Positions 36,301 through 42,760 of a stretch of 64,000 nucleotides of DNA are shown here, one piece after another (position 1 is the stretch's first letter; each line of letters begins with the position of its first letter). The position numbers and the translations under genes are program-made. This DNA comes from Amoebophrya sp. A120 (taxonomy: Eukaryota; Protista; Dinoflagellata): the NCBI GenBank assembly GCA_905178155.1, contig CAJINV010000008.1, forward strand, positions 682,001-746,000. The letters run 5' to 3'. The notes beneath the pieces were generated by a model, which did no database searches, was not told the DNA's origin, and worked only from the letters and a program-made list of their open reading frames with translations.

Positions 36301-37435
36301 GGTCCATTTTCGACAGCAACTGGAGGTCGTCGGAAGCGAAATTGGCCTCGATGCTGCAATGCGTGTCCTCGACCCCGATGTAGACGACGACATCGCCGAA
36401 GAAGAGACGACGGATGCGACTTTTGGAGCCGCCGGAGCAGTGAGTACGAATCCAGACTTGACCCCAGAGTACCTCGAGAACTGCAAACGCGAACACGAAG
36501 ACTTTATGAAGACTCTGAACTCTTCGAACGAAGGATCGTCGCAGTTCCAAGCAGAGCTCTACCTCCAGCTGTTGCGGACGATGAACTACGGCTCACTTCG
36601 TCGCGCATGTGAAAAAGACGGGTACGACATCGAGGAGACGATTTCTTTGTGGGAGGCGTTTTGTTTTGCGATCGCGGCGTGGGCAGGGCATTCCGGGTTC
36701 ATGACAGATGGTCATCAAATACCAAAATTCGATTTCCCGGGGTGTGGCGTGGAACTACTGAACCCCCACGCTTCGGTGGACCCACAGCCCCGTCGTGTGC
36801 GGAACCCTCCGGAGTTGGATTGGATTCTCGGGCAGCTGGCTACTCAGGACGTATCAGTCGGGATAATCGAACTTTTCGATTCTTTGAAGCACGGATTTGT
36901 GCGGTTCTGTTCGAACACGATGTGGGCGAAGAGGTCGAAACTCTACCAGGGGCGCATCGTGAACATCTACAAAACACCGAACAAAATCGCGAACCCGTGT
37001 TTTTGTTACAGCATAATACCGTCACAGATCCTCGAGACGCTCCGCCATTCGAGCTGCGTCGGCTACTTGGAATTGGACATAAAACGCGCGTTCCAGGGGA
37101 TTCAAGTCCACTTGGAATTATCCTTGTGGCTCAGTCTTGTCATCGGAACTGAAATCTACCTGCCGAACCGCGCCAGCCTGGGATTTGCCCCATGGCCTGG
37201 CATTTTTGGGCAACTGACGACCCCGCTGTTCGCGTCGCTGAAGTGCGGACCAGCAGCTGCGATGCAGTTTTTTTCCGAGATGCGAGGCCCACTTGCAGAG
37301 CTACATGAAGCACTAAAAGTTGCAGGGCTTGCTGGTCGATACAAGTCGATTGCAGAAGGATATCGAGCACACGTGACGCACCAAAAGCAGCAGCTGAACG
37401 CCTCCCAGAGGAGTGGGGGAGGACAGTTAGCATAG
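24323..37435 (+). CDS. ORF2, 4370-aa polyprotein: DUF4326 - SF1 helicase - DSP phosphatase - ExoIII/APE - RT C-half/RNase H - CYTH-like - integrase - JAB-like - protease-like - RT N-half
   Basis: Uninterrupted 13.1-kb ORF; individual motifs are listed in the domain features. Confidence 0.9.
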   Translation: MINEEEDFFNNYDFFEDGELLDVFCTPCVAETNFLMIENDATPSSSEWDGGVSVDDSFEEQGASFSLFSVGITARNFEERVDIAAREAAEFNWDEWIRSDGWKAETFSVTITTHDSSLRSAPTLDISTTSEFKIPDDLAEACGGEDHKSAIAGFGKYLSENKNVVREFLKRFIDRNCETPADRAQLVHDYQSELCAGHIYAKILNFALFGASSTSGSRQLETPPLPCTGTTGHDVEFSQADVVDPPERIRRLWERADTLVKLFQEECSRFDWEECVHVWKQSIDSLEFAVVNKTTGALLGTPGESCPRISIQRGSSELGNPFVLPVDDQSDRTRADVCVKFGRFLGTADAEAMARTFLHKKEVYTKVVGSKRCVFECSCAPELCHGVIWAKAFQVFKEKWFSTLAATKSPTPARASVPREQIRTFGALQSASFLTDDAVDFGDSKSCLIEFDAEEILPFSLVVTRPALTSALLADRSYDEEFSPSVAIAADQLEEEKQEFFNAAQHPESVLLAAEGAADELSPESVEYGAHLYDAISAGPAEEENLLRSTPLVAGPAVEAMIQPQDRIRYSSNAFHFENSMKNDPVLVDDDCHVSPELSLPSPKLQQQRGDSDDSDSCPDLAQIAAEFRMATEIPCQSMADYIEFLTAVTKCEYLFEQDEIAMGYEAGWATRHHGKVDGVPGSMDFVEFPQASRWTVLRRPHVEDRSLQRKHTFLYFKNNGRVSRLQRAGNDPEKFYYHGEKDVLDFVALPRTVRFVSTERSGSHETILMSLAALEYSDVLPAILSPMLCEPPCTLTDLPQIDSDPSLGLPSRQFYHVAKTMKEGGVATVWGVFGAGKSRSIAAVIAELIKKNVYNKIHFAATQNVALDSVLKRLTNLKISVVRYSSKAYIERAGATSTCDLENVAAKVAKRRAKSAFAEYEKIKKRRSVMLKKKALFPKVEKKYLQVKKECVEIVNRNTKCFCSTASSRPATGTTSELTIYDEAGQSTEFAAATILVGTKRVIMVGDQNQLGPVLKSTRKNKRHKAVDGLVDTIFEESIDVEVCGESIFARLVEKGRGATVFIDTQYRCPPVLADFLSEEFYGGKLKSAPSAPAEAKYSFETPVVSVRTSADILLAGQQSPDGKLPPYISPSTIAAASRIRQILLDKGVTAADIKAVSVYRAGNEIKSRVAPMTIAGVDSYQGGEVQILFAFIMCPKSGPTIWVANRKRILVLLSRAVSCLFAFMPDEVEREEGCLERFSKYTKTTEKCLHIQNPEDAVKMAVKKAPEVIITTAESTCEPAVVEHIVTDLDGGESHAPESPWCSSNMMSACLGAPADGGMHKITEAVDTEDLMYFDFESQADLVSDDSVIAALRGDSDAAVSAIRDAEAACTGLWLDPHAFGEITAGTLRVVAPLAPEDTLKSGKNRYGNKEISAHEVFRTKNGCSVWIGNYAAAVAEKKNFDTHINMTANVEEIDGCNYHYRVPLVFGALRRNIRSVRMKFKTVLRRVHAGKKVLFFCVAGKDRSSQGARMLAYFLDAERPALEIQQIISTARPEIRYSFPRLDNFFTQIIAADTSTRIRLLDPDNTRIELLVEDAKANMASSFFSLDPDVVAEDRSEVPPVIQTTAPAVAEIPQSNFVYRRTAIASHTYSRNWRLMNYNPDSLNSFFENRPEHVDALFEYRSATTIFPETKLTEDTATIATKNLEKKGHDVVHFLNEDKKGEHGLSVATPKGELAEGQLLPHSITRGPSREGRLALLEYENFFVVAEYAPNRRPGQYEQYDTDIRGYLRELVKNLRKPFILCGDRNVTPEARDVSAHPRYSDNIPSTREVEDRVPYRALIEEFDLVDAWRALNPDAEGHYTSFYQQGNLLRQNAGVRIDLFLVQKPLMKFVKHCGIVTTIHKAKGDHHPIYLDMLLDFGTETLRQKAREGLDFVRSLPVGDDPAVATARARNATPFVGYREFFSTFNTLDLEGDEEQASKDDEEDEDEEPDAPGGESEKDAFKALDMLMEGFQDACAEAFAKFDTKKEYLKVVSVLQEWVDGKKAAGFSCSTIFQMLMMDDATAAIFGVGDAMLKLLLNIGAAKKLNCKFGSKKTQTLSGFAKSCGYIVQGGWISVPAALVNDLRAMARIPPTPRLCRRLLGKLAFAPTALAMEYSRILPTLTALSRKTMQQYLKDALTEESIAAFEIIINSAAINPLCPIDWEKVDSGLWIPLGQPDGHAVGWGAVLITIDRECFFSDAVDNVRDFIRIHGIKSAPFPERLRYRCPAESETYASLGYHQYLDYLMQNRTRYWTNDNSNVGQIETEMHRCSVKSWNTAIGYLARFFQSPGLERLVLPESLLVWADCAGRMHKNCVVAQTLVQQLVASPKKLLAVLFPHVDFDKRDKISEKEKEEFKKAAAAAMTTSSFRVAISPEGEDVVDPSRGGESAFLLVQGQEFPTPETLPGFEYPEGPIFSEENFDDATFLHGSFFPSQVRDVIEDEEEEKPLYQYKITSVERSAAILSTIKSRADRIRVFEFDQVFFDDDDYTLARKGLLLLKTRTKTSSEFWLVMAHDVLRGTAAVEAALAEIVGIKITQEQFLDRYCGEFSHKVTSDKYPLRVVAHTSVREVYCNYGAQQFVDFSHSVSMVYYTPRSGYEEFRYPMTTGINVLRIRQKSVGSSQIEDLELLFRIREFRVDDSVAVRACEHLPILDLINPRLASCFHDSTTNFGFAKRTAEEDDFLAEKRKRGSMDENSLEAEEGDFFCPQSDAEILPEGGTASAKDGEDTASAKEGGAGVSPEQKKPLYFRMDSDDEEINDDGETTELINLIKKRKKPITIHDVHDIYRSLIKNSDFVGMPNLLRQLPGAKKSEDRGPIKLTDDELLALHQRDFHRPAKELAWALSCAGYEVTEERCKKIITFKCYCRGVKFNRHYPKKRASLNPPSVHDWHADLLYCKWSDGVLHLRDRIPEYDEKPLTKEEWSKVDRADIYSMIGTGMWDSDTVPVERESMTKQFIRCESSKGFNVKCFFLNVSDTRARGQAVLSLPSVKTDVPLNPFFAPDRATGVVSEQQFMFKCLWGDLHPIALELQLSREEKCSLVNAKMGMMSSVNMEWLLPGRDTLFQVQRSLVGLVDLHLVRVMMQPRVQRMLRARTRDRYGLMMPPTRDTSVNKQELILFEHPQHGLVEGTLEAQKSNTIAAAGGRTYVVIGEAALHERARRAKFPYSYFATFPRHVALKINLVYGDWSSYLVKPLQSDPIEGPVSGAVIEEAWRQASLQPAGFFRVRAGGQHALAFEAKQGEPVIHTIGLHKIETGILCFTRSSPVLGAPRHIYGYRIPNGIAVNGVRRDAMYWQWHTHVPGSYDAETAEDAFSVTARLWLKRIDLEQWAGSGRFNALGGVDEFEDTRPAPSVAPVVVAPTVRQRDEPFFASIFHEAASLAALSARVRRIPEQIAKSVVQTPSGFEVVLGDNRLLLVENTQLNEWRFETKNRETTCLQLFAENSEDSTSAFSACGLAVEAASVANSPGTSLYKLTEACYQYTAGGSWDEEDAVCYFNAARVAPGDSVPEQYVTCKVFFDAADALEQHFLPSDFELEEPHDPGIPSFCRVRESTTAESIVAAQEKQLEDAVKPPVEVAGTVAKGQFSDRVVDSVDIVIDAVRKGEIVAGHDLDAFEKNAFYIGKHLPGLAYYLRDRVALLIARLDAPETPPEGSTWEEIRQYVVDFIVSAITDTGCVAGPQFDVEGAKTRLRGWVEGCKLRKEKEAEEIFQSLLAILESPSGVHDRARLDLCNGTITLSTAEATGPHAIEVLLRHFQGQAHLVSGFTGGSRDTNPAVLRMRVYLQDSRTGRLHLTPWLNQYVMRCWGRSAPKCETLGFAFGVCDLVKLGYRPCGLESAFNFPNGAALHVANLIKLRGASPGTETATVKAVQSRFLTAPGEQDGDLTLVAGQTATAVIRVDNFLAGQRICIFFSNPGDNERLILTHNGTVVPLVMPVPSSREIRLSVETTKQRVKIKNANIGLTMKPLDGEDPVHFRQQLEVVGSEIGLDAAMRVLDPDVDDDIAEEETTDATFGAAGAVSTNPDLTPEYLENCKREHEDFMKTLNSSNEGSSQFQAELYLQLLRTMNYGSLRRACEKDGYDIEETISLWEAFCFAIAAWAGHSGFMTDGHQIPKFDFPGCGVELLNPHASVDPQPRRVRNPPELDWILGQLATQDVSVGIIELFDSLKHGFVRFCSNTMWAKRSKLYQGRIVNIYKTPNKIANPCFCYSIIPSQILETLRHSSCVGYLELDIKRAFQGIQVHLELSLWLSLVIGTEIYLPNRASLGFAPWPGIFGQLTTPLFASLKCGPAAAMQFFSEMRGPLAELHEALKVAGLAGRYKSIAEGYRAHVTHQKQQLNASQRSGGGQLA
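25187..25503 (+). other. DUF4326-like domain in ORF2
   Basis: ISIQRGSSELGNPF ... RADVCVKF ... FECSCAPELCHGVIW fits the IGR.S.WGNPF / C.C.P..CHG pattern. Confidence 0.7.
26750..28060 (+). other. Upf1/DNA2-like superfamily 1 helicase domain in ORF2
   Basis: Walker A GVFGAGKS (26816-26839), ATQNVALD, IYDEAGQ, VGDQNQLGP, QYRCPP, VDSYQGGE, VLLSRA. Confidence 0.92.
28560..28980 (+). other. Dual-specificity phosphatase domain in ORF2
   Basis: VWIGNYAAA, HINMT, KVLFFCVAGKDRS (CX5R at 28820-28840), ARPEI. Confidence 0.88.
29225..30010 (+). other. Exonuclease III / AP endonuclease (EEP) domain in ORF2
   Basis: LMNYNP, PETK, EGR, YAPN, ILCGDRNV, LVDAWR, YTSFY, GVRIDLFLV, GDHHPI. Confidence 0.92.
30420..31320 (+). 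other. RT C-terminal half (motif C, thumb, connection) plus Ty3-type RNase H
   Basis: QMLMMDD (MMDD 30443-30454), KTQ...SCGYIV, PPTPRLCRRLLGKLAF, PDGHAVGWGAVL, CPAESETYA, TNDNSNV, VWADCAGR. Confidence 0.82.
31730..32300 (+). other. Degenerate CYTH-like domain in ORF2
   Basis: FDQVFFDDDDYTLARKGLLLLKTR resembles CYTH D.YFD..d..L....LR.R; the ExExK motif is not preserved (QYK). Confidence 0.4.
32850..33800 (+). other. Integrase-like domain (HHCC zinc site plus divergent core)
   Basis: LHQRDFH...KCYC, WHADLLY (first D), FAPDRATG...QF (second D); third acidic residue not evident. Confidence 0.68.
34130..34335 (+). other. JAB/MPN+-like motif in ORF2
   Basis: IETGILC ... WHTHVPGSYDAETAED approximates E...HxH-x7-S-x2-D, with an 8-residue spacer and T for S. 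Confidence 0.45.
35555..35880 (+). other. Retropepsin-like protease domain, divergent
   Basis: RARLDLCNGTITLS (for ALLDTGA...IS), VSGFTGG flap, FAFGVCDLVKLG (for ILG.DFL..g); lies upstream of the RT N-half as in gypsy pol. Confidence 0.5.
36740..37240 (+). other. RT N-terminal half (fingers, motifs A and B); no motif C before the stop
   Basis: DPQPRR, VGIIE, FCSNTMWAKR, GRIVNIYKTPNK, LELDIKRAFQGIQV (motif A, D at 37076), YLPNRASLGFAPWPGIF (motif B). Confidence 0.88.
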
Positions 37436-38215
37436 ATCAGAAAATTTTTTTTCACAGCGGAATAATATCAGACGCCTCACCATTTTGATACAATTTTGTT
37501 CCACAAAACCACCCTTTTTCTTGTGCCGAGCTCGAAGATCCGGACGACAATTTTGTTTTTGATCAATGCAATTCTGTTTTATTTTTGTATGCTCGTGTGT
37601 TATAATCCCGACGTAATCGTAGGCTTTTCTGGAGTAGGTAGTAGCAACCACGACTACTCAAGGAAGAGAAAAAAAAGAATGTCGTACGTCGCCTTCGCGG
37701 GAACGATTATTTTATCAGACCGAGACGGAAGTCCTCGCGCGTTACAAACGGCACCGGTTAGTCTTTCAGAAACGATCTACTGGCGAGGGAGCGGATCATT
37801 TACTTCATCGAGATTACGAGAAAACGATCTTCAATACGCACCTCCTAGTAGCGAAAGCAGTTCTAGTTCTAGTAGCGAAAACAGTTCTAGCACTAGCAGT
37901 AAAAGCAGTAGTAACGAAAGTAGTTCAAGCAGCACAAGTTCACACCGCGCTCCAACCGCTAATCAAAGAAGGAGGAAATCACCAATGAGCGGACAGTTGC
38001 CGTGTAGTTCTATGCACCCAGGAGGGTTTGGCCCTATTTGAGTTCCTTTTCCGTTTTTACGAAAAAAAAAAGAAAGACTAAGTAAGAAAAGAACAAACTA
38101 CGAAAAAAAGAACGACGCTTTTCTCTGACTTTACAATAAATAAACTTCATCCGTTTATTTTGTCTTTTCTCATTTTACTACTGTTCCTCCCCTCGCTCCG
38201 GTCGCCACCTTCACG

Positions 38216-38974
38216 ATGCCCGAGAACACCAAGATCGACACGGCCACTGCCGGATCTTCTTCTGGTGTCGACAAGAAGCCCGAAGACAAGGTCGGTAAAA
38301 CCGCGCGCAAGCGCAACAGCCGTGGACAGTTTTGTGCGGGTGGTGCGCCCAAGGAAGCCTCGAAAGAGACTTCGATGAAGTCGAAGAAACAGCGACGTGA
38401 TTCTGCTGATCGCCAGCTCGAGGAGGACATCAAGAACTGTGACCGCATCCGGGAGCTGGACGACAACCCGTTTTTCAAGGAGAAACCCGATGACAATCCT
38501 GACTCTGCTCTGCAAATCGCGTACAGCACGTGCTCCCGCGAAAATCGAGAATTGAAAGAGGAAATGGCTTCTATGCATTCCGAAGTGCAGCGATTGCGCA
38601 ATGAAAACAATGACTTCAAGCGGGTGGAAGAAGTAGGTCGGTTGCGGGAACAGTTGTACAACACCCAGCGCGAGAATGCGGAATTGCGGGACGAAATTGG
38701 ATGGATCAAGGGCTACGGGAAAAAGGGAGGAAAAGGTGGCGAAAAGAAAGGGAAGTTCCGTGGGTTCCTCGACGAGGAGTTCTCCGATTCGGATGATTAC
38801 TTTGGAAAGAAAGGGAAAAAGGATGGTGAAAAGAAAGGGAAGAAAGGGGCCGGTAAAACGGGAATCAAGAAGGACGGTCCGGCGGTTTTCGACAAGGATG
38901 GAAAAAAAGGAGCGCTGCCCTTGTTGCACGGCAAAATCGATGCGCCTGCTACCCAGGATTCAACGTCTTCGTAA
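38216..38974 (+). CDS. ORF3, accessory 252-aa protein: coiled coil plus Gly/Lys-rich basic tail
   Basis: ATG-started ORF between pol and the 3' LTR; heptad-like ENRELKEEM...ENAELRDEI; KGYGKKGGKGGEKKGK. Confidence 0.7.
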   Translation: MPENTKIDTATAGSSSGVDKKPEDKVGKTARKRNSRGQFCAGGAPKEASKETSMKSKKQRRDSADRQLEEDIKNCDRIRELDDNPFFKEKPDDNPDSALQIAYSTCSRENRELKEEMASMHSEVQRLRNENNDFKRVEEVGRLREQLYNTQRENAELRDEIGWIKGYGKKGGKGGEKKGKFRGFLDEEFSDSDDYFGKKGKKDGEKKGKKGAGKTGIKKDGPAVFDKDGKKGALPLLHGKIDAPATQDSTSS

Positions 38975-39514
38975 GCAACACGCAGTGACACCATCCGATG
39001 CGATTTTAGATCTTTTGAACTCTCCATCATAGATTCCCGCATTACAAATTTGATCTTATCGTCGCGATAAAATTTTATAGTTGAAAGATCGCCACTTCAA
39101 AATACTACTCGCCAACAATCACGTCTTTTTATGTGGACTTCAGATTCTTATCCGGTACTAAGAAAAAAACCCTCGTAACCACAGCGAACATCAAATACAA
39201 AAAAAATTTCATAGGGTTAGCAAAAAGACATGAAAAATATATCCCCGTAAAAAGAACGCACAGCAGCCCGCGTTCATTCAAATACAAAAAAATAAGAAAA
39301 TCCTCAAATACAAAAACAAAAGAAAATATGAAAAAACCAAAAAATTTCCTTATCCTGAAAGACATGAAAAAAAAATAAAACAGCTTAGGGAGGATAAAGC
39401 GGACTTCTGTCGAAAACCCCTTGTAGAAATCACATGAGCCTCTTTTACTATTATTTTTTACTACCAACGTTTTTGGCATCAGTGCCATCACTCATGCTCC
39501 TGGAGCAGACGGCA

Positions 39515-40723
39515 CGATGAAATTCGATCATGAGTGATCATTTCTCAGCTGTCCAGGAGCATGAGCGATGAGTGACAATTGAGGATTACACGTACGGGAA
39601 GATATTGGTGGAGTAGCAGAGTCGTTTGAGCTTATGAGGAGTGCGTGTAGCTTTTGTGGTTCGTAGGTCGATATATTCTTCGGAATAAAGACGTAGATGC
39701 ACGAATCAAAGAACGACGATGATGATTTTGAACTCACTGTGATTCCGAACATATAGGCCATGTTTTTTTCGCAATTGGGGACCAAAAAAAGAGGAAGAAG
39801 CTGCTCGTCGGAGGACGACGCGAAAGAAGCACGCCTTTCAGTGCATTTTAGATGTGCCGCCGCTGTGTCCGCCTTATGTAAAGGTCAAAAGTACAAGAAA
39901 TCCGTCGATTCGGTCTTCATTTTCATCGCTTTCAGTACTATACTATGTCGGTTTTGATCGTCGTAGTCGTCCGCGGCTGTATTTAGATGGTCGCGCTCGG
40001 TTTTAGATCACGTTTGACTACTTCTAGTTCATTTCCGCCCTGCATCTGTTGCTCGGTCTTCGAGGAGATACGCGTCTCCGCTGTCAGTACTGAGAATACT
40101 GCTAAGAAGCACTTGAGGAAGTACCTTTTGTCGCTCGTTTTCGGTCGCGATTAGCCCCGTTTTTAGTACTATTTTTGTCTGTATTCGCCCGCTATGAGCG
40201 CGCCATGCAAATCATTGAAAAACCTATGGGACGACGTCTCTGACCGTGTCGAAGTACTAGAGGAACGTATTCTAAAGCTAGAGCAGGATCTACAGAACCG
40301 TGAAAAGAAGACACTACTAAGGTCGGTCGGGGCCGTTTTTAAGAACCTTTTTATGCGCATCATGCCATGCAAGTAAGGTTATTTTTTCGTTACAGTGTTG
40401 TAGGTTTAGGGTTTAGAACAGTTCCCCGTATCTTTTTGCTCGCATTTCACCCAAGGATATCAGTGAATCTGTATTCTACCATGCAAATAGTACCCAGTAC
40501 GAATAGTATCAGCGGCGTATCATTATCCTAATCGCGGAGCACATCATGCTCCTTCTCGCGATGTTTTTGTCCTCTTTTTCGGCCCCACGCGGGATCCCGA
40601 AGGCGATGCGAGACGCCATTAGAGTCATCTTTTTTACGCACAGCGTCACGACTTTGACGTCGATGTTCCGATCGCACGACGCGCTCGACAACCGAGGGGC
40701 ACACACTCTTCCATTTTGTATCG
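39515..40723 (+). repeat. 3' LTR
   Basis: Direct repeat of 19810-21018, followed by TSD CTGTC. Confidence 0.97.
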
Positions 40724-40728
40724 CTGTC

Positions 40729-41232
40729 GCGAAATGGCGGCGAAGTGGACCAAAATATCGCAAATTGACGGCCAATCTGGGCAAAATATTGCGAGTTCGT
40801 AGCCAGTCAGGGCAAAATCTTGCAAGCAGGCGGCGAATTAAGGGAAAATTTTGCGAGGTGGCGGGTAATTTGGGCAAAATCTTGCAAGTTGGTCACCACG
40901 CAGGGCAAAATCTTGTGTCAGCTTGGCAAAATCTTGCAAGTTGGTCGCCAACGAAGGCAAAATCTTGCAAGCTGGCGGCCAATCAAAGCAAAACCTTGCA
41001 AACTGGTAGCAACTCGCGGCAAAACCTGGCGAGTTGACAGCCAATCACTGCAAAATCTCGCAAGTTGGCGGCCAATGAGGGCACAATTATGCAAGTTGAC
41101 GGGAAATCGTGGCAACTTCTTGCAATTTTGCAATCAAGTAAAGCACAATCTTGTAAACTGGCGGCCATTCAAGACACAATCAGGCACAACAGCAGACAAT
41201 TAACGCAAAATATGGGGCAAAATCATACAAAA
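40729..41232. repeat. Degenerate 31-bp minisatellite, right part
   Basis: Same GCAAAATCTTGCAAG unit as 19480-19809; phase continues across the empty site. Confidence 0.85.
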
Positions 41233-42199
41233 TGCGATCCACTTCACATAGAGGAGGTCTTGTAATCTCTTTTGTTGTCACATTTGGAAGCGTGTGCTCC
41301 TCGTCTTTGGTCTTCTATGTTACCCAAGAACGCGGGCGCCCCAGATGCCTAGTACGTTGCTTGGTTGAGCCTGTGTGTCCCCATAACAGGCGTTCGCCTG
41401 CCCGCGAAATGTGCAGGCGGACCTCCCGGATCCCATCCTGGTACTACCATGGAGGGCGTTTTACGTTGTCGACCTAGTACAGAGCACCGCGCACTCTTCT
41501 CGCGGACCCTGATCATGCAGAAGCGCCCGCGAGCCGCCCGCGGGGCCCCTCCTTTGCCCGCCGCCAAACGAGCGCGCCACTAATCACGCCCGGAGACCCG
41601 CCCGGGGCACACAGATAACGGGGCGCACGGCAGGACGGCTTTACGTTCTTCCCGCGGGCCCGGGCTTATCTAGCAGCTTGTGCAGTTACCACGCGAGGAG
41701 CGCTCCGCGGCGCAGCGAAACGCGTCGGGCCCCAGCAGTGTCGTGCCGTTCATTCTGCGCGCGTTGTTTCATCCTGCAGCTGCGCACGAAATGCGCATGC
41801 TCCGATCGCATTCCCTTGCTCGCTGATCTATTGCGTGTCGCGGGTGCCCCCGTGCCGATATTTCGCCGCGCTGCTAGTGGTACACGATAACTTGAGAGAA
41901 AAAGCGAGCCAAGTTGATAGCATGTGGATTAGTTTTGGAGACCGCCCGAGAATGCGATGGATAGCGCCTCGCCTAACGATTTCGGATGCTGCGCTGATTG
42001 TGCTTACCACCGTTATGTGTGAGCACCCGAAGAAAATAAATGGCTCAGGAGTCCCATTACAGGTAGAAAGTTCATACAAAGTGTTGCTCGGGCGCGTGTG
42101 CACAGGTGCCGTGCTGCGTCCGGCGCAATTTTGGAAGTACTCGTGTAAAAAGAAATGCTCGCATCCCCTTGCGAGCCATGCGTATGCTAGCCACGCAGA

Positions 42200-42760
42200 A
42201 TGACGCTCGCCTCTGCCGCACGCAACACGAGTCCAGACACACACAGTGCGGGGCTATGGGCCGTCATTACCTCAGCAGACTCGCCGGCGCTCTCGCATCA
42301 GGCGCGAACATCGGCGCTAAGCGGAAAAAGCAGCCCGAGTACCGCGCAGGTCCTACCGGTTCCCCTAGTCGCAGGAGCTCCTACGTCCACCGTCGATGCA
42401 GCGCGAGCAGCCTCTCCCCGGCACCACGAGCCGACCTCCAACCGCGCTGGCAGAAACGTCCCATTTTGCGGACCACTGCTGACAGTCGTCGTGTTTTTCT
42501 TGGTGCTTCCCGAGATACCGGATTCCGCCCCCGGCGCGACGGAGCTCGGAACAGTACCCGTCATCGTCGGACGCCGTTACATATCTGTGCTCTACCTGCT
42601 GCTGATTGGAATCGTCCTTGTCGCGACAGGATATGCAATGTCGCGACGTGCTCTTCGGGGACCACGTACCAAGTACTCTTGTTTGCGTTTGTCGAGTAGA
42701 ACTTACAACAGTCAGTCACTTCCCTTTGACATGATCCATCAGCCATCGAACCGATGTTAA
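42200..42760 (+). CDS. Hypothetical membrane protein
   Basis: 186-aa ORF with two hydrophobic stretches; no family recognised. Confidence 0.3.
   Translation: MTLASAARNTSPDTHSAGLWAVITSADSPALSHQARTSALSGKSSPSTAQVLPVPLVAGAPTSTVDAARAASPRHHEPTSNRAGRNVPFCGPLLTVVVFFLVLPEIPDSAPGATELGTVPVIVGRRYISVLYLLLIGIVLVATGYAMSRRALRGPRTKYSCLRLSSRTYNSQSLPFDMIHQPSNRC

Larger units (their letters stand above)
19810..40723 (+). mobile_element. Giant (20914 bp) full-length LTR retroelement, Ty3/gypsy-related, with permuted pol
   Basis: Two 1209-bp direct repeats (offset 19705), TSD CTGTC at 19805-19809 and 40724-40728, PBS, two long intact ORFs with RT, RNase H and integrase motifs. Confidence 0.95.

Noticed and set aside
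30420-37435. Two nested or broken elements explaining the RT order
   Set aside because: Single stop-free ORF, one LTR pair, no duplicated pol domains, and complementary halves. Not formally excluded without reads.
37496-38041. 181-aa ORF after pol
   Set aside because: Non-ATG start; openness explained by Ser-coding AGT/AGC low-complexity repeats.
40729-41232. 31-bp repeats as a CRISPR array
   Set aside because: Degenerate tandem units without unique spacers, no cas genes, eukaryotic context.
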